From IMG/VR virus record IMGVR_UViG_3300032291_002550, positions 132,981 to 196,980 of that record: DNA of 64,000 nucleotides; one strand, 5' to 3'. The notes under the pieces are model-generated. The model searched no databases. It was not told where the DNA came from and was given only the letters and a program-made list of their open reading frames with translations. Made by a program: the position numbers and the translations under genes. This DNA is from a virus. Shown one piece after another: positions 57,351 to 64,000 of the stretch (the stretch's first letter is position 1; every line of letters starts with the position of its first letter).

Positions 57351-57659
57351 ATGAATAGATATCAAGACCTTCCAATTATAAAAGATTCAAATGGGCGACG
57401 TAAATATACAACTACGTTCGTCCCATTTTTTGATAAATCAGATAATGATATTTATGTTATTACTGACCCATCTGATAGATTAGATTTATTAGCAAACCAA
57501 TTTTACGGGGATGTAACGGCATGGCCAATAATAGCAACTGCTAATAATATAGGATTAGGTACTTTAAATATTGAGTCTGGTAAGCAATTACGTATACCAG
57601 ATCCTAATAAATTTAGAGATTATATTATTCAAATAAATAATTTTAATCAAAATCAATAA
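57351..57659 (+). CDS. LysM-like baseplate protein (gp53/gpX-like)
   Basis: DRLDLLANQFYGD...WPIIATANN...GKQLRIP. Confidence 0.85.
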   Translation: MNRYQDLPIIKDSNGRRKYTTTFVPFFDKSDNDIYVITDPSDRLDLLANQFYGDVTAWPIIATANNIGLGTLNIESGKQLRIPDPNKFRDYIIQINNFNQNQ

Positions 57660-57664
57660 GTTAT

Positions 57665-59872
57665 ATGTCATTAAATTATCAGTTTTATAATAATACTCTC
57701 CAGGACGTTAAAGATGAAATACATAGAAGAGAACGTGCTTATTGGCCTTCTGGTCATATTAATAATGAAGCATTAGCATGGAACTATCAAAAAACTGCGT
57801 ATATTATTTTAAAAGCTCTTAAAGTAACATATACACCAGAAACTACACAAACCGGCCCATTTCCAATGGCGCCTAATACACCGGTAAATACATTTTCTGG
57901 GCAATTACCTTCAAGAACGACTCCAGCATCTTATAAAGTAGAAACTAATAGTAATGCTCCAGTTAAAAGAATACAAACTCCAACTGCGCCTATATTAGAA
58001 TTATACGGTCCAGATTATACAAAATCTAACGGGACATTAAAAGGCGCAGTGTTAAATTCAGCCGAAATTAATGTAGAAGGTACATATGGCTCTATTCTAA
58101 AAATTACAGTCAATTTTACAGTATTCGATAAAGATGAACTAGATAATTATATGAATAGTTTTTTACGCCCAGGGGTCGATATCGGATTAGAATGGGGATG
58201 GACAGTAGATGAATTTGCTGGTAATAAAGGCAACCCAGATGCTGGCGATCTTCCTGTATACGTAAATAAGTCAGATATACATGGGACGGTGTTTAACTTT
58301 TCATTTTCTGCTAAAGAAGACGGTACATGGGATTGCAGTTTACAAGCATATGGCCCATCAGCAATGACATACGGATTTAATGCAGATGCGAAAGACTCGA
58401 CAAATACTAAACCAGACCCGTCAAATTTTGCTACTTATGGAATTTTAGACCTTTTTCGTATTATACAAGATAATGTAGAAGATATGTACGAAAAAGGAGA
58501 TATAGTTACAGGGCGAACTGAAAATGATGCATGCAAAAAGATATGGATGTCTCAAGTAACTGGATATTTTAATATAAATTCTACAAGTAATAATCCATTT
58601 ACAGCTACCTTAGATAAAAAAGAAGGCCCAATTATTTATATTTATAATTTACCTAGTGGATTTACTCCAGAAACGACAGAAACCCTTATAAGAGGTAAAG
58701 CAGCACTAGAAACATCGAATACTACAGCGGCAGAAATAACATCATATGAAAAGAAGGCATATATAACTTTAGATAATCTTATAAGTTTAATTAATGACAA
58801 AATTAATAACTTATCTAGAAGAGGATTACCAAATTATACATTTTATAAAGACAGCAAAAACATTTGTGTAGGGACTGGACTTAATGATTTATTTTTACAA
58901 ACAGGGCCTGCAGACCCTAAATTTGCATTTACTACACAAAGAAATGGCGCCCCTGGGTCTTCATTTCAACATGTTTTAAGTTTGAGGGGTTCTACAGAAC
59001 CATTTGCAAGTCAAATAGCAACTGGTACTAATAATATACCAATACAGCATTTAGTATTAGTAAGTGTTGAGTTTATTAATGAAGAGTTACATAAAATTTT
59101 AGGCGGAGATAAATATGTAAAAGATAAAAAGATTTTATCTTTTTTAAGATTATTATTTCAACAATTGGAAACTGAAACTGGAGGGATTATAGATTTAGAA
59201 TTAACGCCAGAAAGAAATTTAAATGGAAGTATTATATCAATATCAATTGTAAATAAAAATGGGGTACCAGATAATTCTTTAGATAATATTAATCCGTTTA
59301 TGATTAAAATGATGACAAAGGGCTCTGTAGTACGAGCAATGAGTATAGAATCAAAAGTACCTGATGCTGTAGCCACAGAAGTCGCGACATTTACAAGATC
59401 TGGTCTAAGTTATGGGGATAGTAATGCTGATAATTCAATTACACCTGCAGATTCAAAAGTAGTTATATTTGAACTGATAAATGAATTATTAAAACTAAAT
59501 AGTGATTATCTTAATAATTTAGGTACAACACAAGAACGTATTACATCTCGTAATAAATTTAGCGCTTCTGTACGAGATATATACAAAAAACTATTTTCTA
59601 TTCAACAATCATTAACTTTAAATATTGATGGGTCTCTTGGAAGTATTAATAATATATTAGATTTAAAAACAGCAGTATTTCCAATTTATCTTAAACTTAC
59701 ATTAGATGGTATTAATGGATTTTTATATGGTAATGCAATAACAACAAATTGGTTACCAAAACAATATAGAGATTCGAGGATTTATTGGACAGTAACTAAA
59801 ATTCGTCATAGAATAGAAAATAACGATTGGATTACAGAATTAGAAGCTATATATAGAGTAAAAGAAAAATAA
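57665..59872 (+). CDS. Baseplate hub protein (gp27/gpD-like)
   Basis: FLRPG....LEWGW, G.VFNFSF....DGTWDC, LTLDGING...GN, V..I.H.I..NDW.TEL; follows the LysM gene. Confidence 0.65.
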   Translation: MSLNYQFYNNTLQDVKDEIHRRERAYWPSGHINNEALAWNYQKTAYIILKALKVTYTPETTQTGPFPMAPNTPVNTFSGQLPSRTTPASYKVETNSNAPVKRIQTPTAPILELYGPDYTKSNGTLKGAVLNSAEINVEGTYGSILKITVNFTVFDKDELDNYMNSFLRPGVDIGLEWGWTVDEFAGNKGNPDAGDLPVYVNKSDIHGTVFNFSFSAKEDGTWDCSLQAYGPSAMTYGFNADAKDSTNTKPDPSNFATYGILDLFRIIQDNVEDMYEKGDIVTGRTENDACKKIWMSQVTGYFNINSTSNNPFTATLDKKEGPIIYIYNLPSGFTPETTETLIRGKAALETSNTTAAEITSYEKKAYITLDNLISLINDKINNLSRRGLPNYTFYKDSKNICVGTGLNDLFLQTGPADPKFAFTTQRNGAPGSSFQHVLSLRGSTEPFASQIATGTNNIPIQHLVLVSVEFINEELHKILGGDKYVKDKKILSFLRLLFQQLETETGGIIDLELTPERNLNGSIISISIVNKNGVPDNSLDNINPFMIKMMTKGSVVRAMSIESKVPDAVATEVATFTRSGLSYGDSNADNSITPADSKVVIFELINELLKLNSDYLNNLGTTQERITSRNKFSASVRDIYKKLFSIQQSLTLNIDGSLGSINNILDLKTAVFPIYLKLTLDGINGFLYGNAITTNWLPKQYRDSRIYWTVTKIRHRIENNDWITELEAIYRVKEK

Positions 59873-60423
59873 TGGCAAAAAGACCTAAAATATATTATCC
59901 TCAAGACCAAATAACTACGGGCCTTAAAACATCAGGAAAAGAGTGGATGTTAAAAAACGGTACTGAGTTTAAAGGATTTTATCATACTTATAAAGATGGT
60001 ATGGTAATGACTGGCTTTAGTTATGTAGAATCTACTTCTGAATATTTAATACCTTATCAACCACAATCTTCTTTTAAGTATGATTCTTTAACTCAAACTA
60101 ACGTTAAAGATTATATTACTCCACAACAATATTATCCACGACCATCAAAAGTAGATTATGATCAAGGATACGTAACACGTTATTTTATAAGAAAGGCTAA
60201 TAATGTAGACGCTAAAATTATAGAAATTGATGCTAAACAATGGAATTTAATAGGAAGTCAGATTGACCCATACTTATATTTAAAAACATCTCTTCCTTGG
60301 AAATTAACAGGAAATATGGAAACTGTTGAATTGACAAACTTTAAAGTTGTACGCAAATATAACGAAGAATTACCTGGATTACAAAAATACTTAAAAAATT
60401 ATTTGGAGTTATATAAAAAATAA
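59872..60423 (+). CDS. Hypothetical protein (end of tail/baseplate module)
   Basis: YYPRPS..DY..GY.TRYF..K; TAATG-coupled to the hub gene. Confidence 0.6.
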   Translation: MAKRPKIYYPQDQITTGLKTSGKEWMLKNGTEFKGFYHTYKDGMVMTGFSYVESTSEYLIPYQPQSSFKYDSLTQTNVKDYITPQQYYPRPSKVDYDQGYVTRYFIRKANNVDAKIIEIDAKQWNLIGSQIDPYLYLKTSLPWKLTGNMETVELTNFKVVRKYNEELPGLQKYLKNYLELYKK

Positions 60424-60433
60424 CTTATATTTC
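60402..60433 (+). promoter_or_regulatory. Putative early/middle promoter TTTG-N20-TATATTTC (Bacteroidota -33/-7-like)
   Basis: TTTGGA at 60402 and TATATT at 60426, directly before the polA-like gene. Confidence 0.6.
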
Positions 60434-60437
60434 TGGT

Positions 60438-61790
60438 ATGCTACCAATTGTAGAAACCGAAACTGAATTATTTGACCTTATAACAGAGATTAAAGATCAT
60501 CGTATCTTTGTTGCGCCGGTTTTAAAAGACCCGTTTCTTCACTACAGTATAAATGAGCTTTCATTACTTTATTTATATGACCTCACAATTGATAAAGAAT
60601 GTATTGTAAGTTTTAATCATTCCGAAGCACTTTCAATACAAGAATCTTTATTAAGTAATTTATTATGTTCTAGTAAAGAATGTTTTGTTTTAAATCTTAA
60701 ATATTTATTAAGTAAAATTACTTGTGACCATATATATGATGCTCATATGGTAATATACTTCTTAACAAACAAATCTATAGATATTGAGGAGTTTGATACC
60801 CCTGTACATGATTACTTTAATCAAAAATATTCTAACTTAAAAAATCTTAATCATCTTATACCAATTGTAAAACATCATGAAAAGTTTGGCAATCTTTTAA
60901 AAGAATATAAAGAAGCATTATCAGAATTTACAATATCAGACACGTTCTTAAAATATAATAATGTAGTTAAAACTTTACATCATATAGAAATAAATGGTAT
61001 GTATGTAAATCCTGATATACTTAAAGAAACATTTCCAAATGTAACAATAACAAATAATTTTGTATATACAGAATATAATCCTTATACAACGACAGGAAGA
61101 CCTTCAAATAGATTTGATTCTGTAAATTATGCAGCTCTTAATAAAGAAATAGGCGTAAGAAAATCATTTAAGTCTCGTTTTGGAAATGATGGATTTTTAT
61201 TACAATTTGATTATGATGCTTATCATATTAGATTATTAGGAGAATTATTAGGATATCAATTTCCAGGTAAAGTAAATATGCATGAGCATTTAGGTCGTCA
61301 ATATTTTGGAAAAGAAGAATTAACTCCAGAAGAATATGATCAAAGTAAAGGAATAACATTTAAATTATTGTACGGAGGTATTGAAAAGGAGTTCTTAGAA
61401 ATTCCATTTTTTAAATTAGTAGATGATTTTACAAAAATTAATTGGAAGCTTTATAAAGACCAAAAATACTTAGAAACACCAATATATAAAAGAACATTAA
61501 AAAATACATTCTTTACTGAAATGAATTCTCAGAAGCTTCTTAACTATTTAATTCAATCATTAGAGATGGAAGAAACCATGGGAATATTAGACACTTTAAC
61601 ACGCTTTAATAAAGGATATAAGAGTAAGATAATATTATATACATATGACTCAATACTCGTAGATTTCCATAAAGATGACGGAGGTAAGTATATTAAGCAA
61701 TGTCAAAGAATATTAGAATGTAATGGAAAATATCCAGTAAAAGTTCAGGCCGGATATGATTATAATAACTTAAAAAATGTAAGTATGTAG
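60438..61790 (+). CDS. Atypical, short family A DNA polymerase-like protein
   Basis: TTTGRPS, motif A FDYDAYHIRL, motif B KGITFKLLYG, NYLIQS, motif C YTYDSILVD. Confidence 0.8.
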   Translation: MLPIVETETELFDLITEIKDHRIFVAPVLKDPFLHYSINELSLLYLYDLTIDKECIVSFNHSEALSIQESLLSNLLCSSKECFVLNLKYLLSKITCDHIYDAHMVIYFLTNKSIDIEEFDTPVHDYFNQKYSNLKNLNHLIPIVKHHEKFGNLLKEYKEALSEFTISDTFLKYNNVVKTLHHIEINGMYVNPDILKETFPNVTITNNFVYTEYNPYTTTGRPSNRFDSVNYAALNKEIGVRKSFKSRFGNDGFLLQFDYDAYHIRLLGELLGYQFPGKVNMHEHLGRQYFGKEELTPEEYDQSKGITFKLLYGGIEKEFLEIPFFKLVDDFTKINWKLYKDQKYLETPIYKRTLKNTFFTEMNSQKLLNYLIQSLEMEETMGILDTLTRFNKGYKSKIILYTYDSILVDFHKDDGGKYIKQCQRILECNGKYPVKVQAGYDYNNLKNVSM

Positions 61791-61816
61791 ATATTTATAT
61801 TAAATAGTCTATATAC

Positions 61817-62203
61817 GTGATACGTTTACTTTGTACATTCACTTTAGAGAATGATTTACAACCAACAATTGATAATATCGTAAGTAATTATAATATACTT
61901 AACGGTAAGATTTTTGTTCTTCAAATGAGCGAGAATCCTGAGTTGGCTTGCACGTATAATATAGAGTCTGGCAATCTTAATGATTTGTTAGATAATACTA
62001 TTTCAATACATAGAAGAAAAGAAACTAATACGCTTTATACCATTAATGGATTAAATTTCTTGATAAAATCACTTAATAATAATATATTAGATAAGAATTA
62101 TAAAGTGAATTGGGAAGATTATTCAAATACAGCTATTTTAGTAACAGATAAAAAATTAATTTTACATGAATTACAAATATATAAAATAATTCATATAAAA
62201 TAA
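61817..62203 (+). CDS. Hypothetical protein
   Basis: LLCTF...TYNI...ISIHRRKETNTLYTINGLN; late motif at 61791. Confidence 0.6.
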   Translation: MIRLLCTFTLENDLQPTIDNIVSNYNILNGKIFVLQMSENPELACTYNIESGNLNDLLDNTISIHRRKETNTLYTINGLNFLIKSLNNNILDKNYKVNWEDYSNTAILVTDKKLILHELQIYKIIHIK

Positions 62204-62235
62204 TTAGGAAAATAAAAGATAAGATATTATATTAG
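62204..62235 (+). promoter_or_regulatory. Putative early/middle promoter TTAGGA-N18-TATATTAG
   Basis: Upstream of the SSB gene; same spacing as 43628 and 60402. Confidence 0.6.
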
Positions 62236-62298
62236 ATAAGAAATTTAGATATCAGGTAGATATTTAGTGAGTTAAACAATTAAAAAACAAAAAGAAAA

Positions 62299-63090
62299 AT
62301 GGCGATCAATTTAGACAGCATTAGAGCAAAGTTAAGCGATTTGCAAAAGAACACAGGAAAAGGCGAAAGACAAGACACCTTATGGAAACCAGAACCAGGT
62401 ACACAAGTAATTAGAATTGTACCTTATCAATTCAACAAAGACAACCCATTCAATGAACTTTATTTCCATTATGAATTCGGAAATAAGCAGTATTTATCTC
62501 CATCTACTTTCGGTAAACCAGACCCAGTAGTTGAGTTCGCAGAAAAACTTCAATCAACAGGCAAAAAAGAAGAATGGAAATTAGGTAAGAAGATCGAACC
62601 TAAAATGCGTGTATATGCTCCGGTAGTTATTCGTGGAAGAGAACATGAAGGCGTTAAATATTGGGGATTTGGTAAAACAGTATACCAAGAATTACTAGCA
62701 TTTATTGCAGATCCAGATTACGGTGATATTACAGACCCAGTTAGTGGAAGAGATATTACAGTAGAATTCAAAACTAAAGAACAAACGGGAAAAGATTTTC
62801 CAGAAACATCTATTCGTATTAAACCAAATCAAACACCGGTTCATACGGATAAGGATATTATCACAAAAATCTCAACTGGTCAGAAAAATTTAACAGAAAT
62901 CTTTAAAGAACCTTCTTACGAAGATTTAAAGGTTGTTTTAACCAATTGGTTAAATCGAGATACTGAGGGTGTAAATGACGATGCTAATGCATCTGCAAGT
63001 ACAGAATCTAAAGTATCGACTCCTACAAAACCTGCTGAAACAAAATCAGTAGAGGATATTTCAAGCGCATTTGACAGCTTGTTTAAATAA
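62299..63090 (+). CDS. Single-stranded DNA-binding protein (gp32-like)
   Basis: WKP..G..VIRIVP, DITDPVSGRDI, acidic C-terminal tail ending FDSLFK; upstream of recA/uvsX. Confidence 0.85.
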   Translation: MAINLDSIRAKLSDLQKNTGKGERQDTLWKPEPGTQVIRIVPYQFNKDNPFNELYFHYEFGNKQYLSPSTFGKPDPVVEFAEKLQSTGKKEEWKLGKKIEPKMRVYAPVVIRGREHEGVKYWGFGKTVYQELLAFIADPDYGDITDPVSGRDITVEFKTKEQTGKDFPETSIRIKPNQTPVHTDKDIITKISTGQKNLTEIFKEPSYEDLKVVLTNWLNRDTEGVNDDANASASTESKVSTPTKPAETKSVEDISSAFDSLFK

Positions 63091-63099
63091 TTAACATAC

Positions 63100-63146
63100 T
63101 AGTAAATAAGAGGAGCATAGAATCATCTACTCCTCTTATTTTACTA
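63100..63146 (+). terminator. Long intergenic hairpin (terminator or processing site)
   Basis: TAGTAAATAAGAGGAG...CTCCTCTTATTTTACTA. Confidence 0.6.
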
Positions 63147-63160
63147 TAAACCAAAATATT

Positions 63161-64000
63161 ATGGCAAAAAAGAAAGCAGATGACGGATTATCATCTGGTG
63201 CAATGCACGAAGATTTAGCATCATTATTAGCAGATACGCTTAATGCAAAGTTTAAAGAAACTAACATGAAAGTAGCGTATTTTTTAGATAAAGATGCTGA
63301 TTCTCCTAGCAATGTAACAGATTGGATAACGACAGGAAATGATATTGCAGATTTAGCAATATCAAATAGACCGTATGGTGGATTGCCAGTAGGTCGTATT
63401 ATAGAGATTATGGGCGAAAGTGCTGCTGGTAAATCTTTACTAACAGCAAATATATTAGCTCAATGTCAACGTAAGGGAGGTTTATCTATTTATATTGATA
63501 CAGAAAATGCTGTAGCAAATGAATTCTTTGAAATGTTGGGTATGGATTTAAGTAAAATGATTTATGCTCCAGTAGAAACTATAGAAGACGCATTTGCAAT
63601 TGTAGAAACTATTATTGAGAAAGTAAGAAATGCTGACAAAAATAGATTAGTATGTATTGCTATAGATTCTATCATGGGTGCTACAACAAAAGTAGAGCAA
63701 GAAGCAGATTACGAAAAAGATGGATATGCAACTACAAAAGCTATTGTATTATCAAAAGCAATGCGTAAGATTACTAATATGATTGGTCGTCAAAAAGTAT
63801 GCTTAATCTTAACAAATCAATTACGTGATAAAGTAGGTGTTATGGGCTTCGGTGAAAAGACCCAAACTTCCGGTGGTAAAGCAGTTGGGTTTCATGCTTC
63901 AGTTAGATTATCATTATATAATTTAGGAATGATTAAGAAATCTGACGGAACTGTAATTGGAGCTAAAACAAAGTTAAAGATTAAGAAGAATCGTTTAGGA
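63161..64000 (+). CDS. uvsX: RecA/UvsX recombinase (3' truncated by window edge)
   Basis: Translated by hand: GGLPVGRIIEIMGESAAGKS, YIDTENA, IAIDSI, LTNQLRDK, TSGGKAVGFHASVRL, KIKKNR. Confidence 0.95.
   Translation, partial: MAKKKADDGLSSGAMHEDLASLLADTLNAKFKETNMKVAYFLDKDADSPSNVTDWITTGNDIADLAISNRPYGGLPVGRIIEIMGESAAGKSLLTANILAQCQRKGGLSIYIDTENAVANEFFEMLGMDLSKMIYAPVETIEDAFAIVETIIEKVRNADKNRLVCIAIDSIMGATTKVEQEADYEKDGYATTKAIVLSKAMRKITNMIGRQKVCLILTNQLRDKVGVMGFGEKTQTSGGKAVGFHASVRLSLYNLGMIKKSDGTVIGAKTKLKIKKNRLG

Noticed and set aside
508-59376. Short minus-strand ORFs and nested plus-strand ORFs in the track (e.g. 508-726, 7207-7467, 26525-26767, 31664-31996, 59158-59376)
   Set aside because: All overlap well-supported + strand genes and lack motifs or promoters; they are shadow ORFs.
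1-64000. Alternative genetic code, tRNA genes, CRISPR array, diversity-generating retroelement
   Set aside because: Conserved genes are intact in the standard code and TAG/TGA end real genes. No cloverleaf, repeat-spacer array, reverse transcriptase or TR/VR pair was seen by eye.

Overview
A 64-kb segment of a large, very AT-rich T4-like (contractile-tailed) dsDNA phage genome. All credible genes are on the + strand, tightly packed and often coupled by TAATG overlaps. It holds most of the virion morphogenesis module: baseplate, fibre with S74 chaperone, terminase, portal, prohead protease, scaffold, major capsid, neck, sheath, tube, tail assembly chaperone, tape measure and hub. Interleaved are a gp55-like late sigma factor, replication/recombination genes (T7-endonuclease-I-type resolvase, primase, fused Mre11-Rad50, an atypical family-A polymerase, gp32 SSB, and RecA/UvsX cut by the window end), PhoH, a ferritin and a GIY-YIG homing endonuclease. 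A Bacteroidota host is suggested by A-rich start regions without Shine-Dalgarno sequences, TT(T/A)G-N20-TATATT promoters and an AQ-type signal peptide (inference). Main observations: (1) an 817-aa protein made of a HIGH-family nucleotidyltransferase, an in-frame HNH nuclease with no intein or intron, and an RNA-ligase-like domain, separated by T4-gp21-type (I/L)xE cleavage-like sites; (2) a U7 slippery site plus GC hairpin that appears to fuse a gp26-like and a gp51-like frame by a -2/+1 frameshift upstream of the tape measure gene; (3) an [ST]-[GA]-S motif that is dense in predicted surface-exposed virion proteins and rare in buried or non-virion ones; (4) a GIY-YIG cassette bracketed by an exact 28-bp duplicated terminator; (5) a PolA with a substituted steric-gate residue. 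No tRNA, rRNA, CRISPR array or genetic-code reassignment was seen. All product calls come from motif recognition by eye, not database searches.
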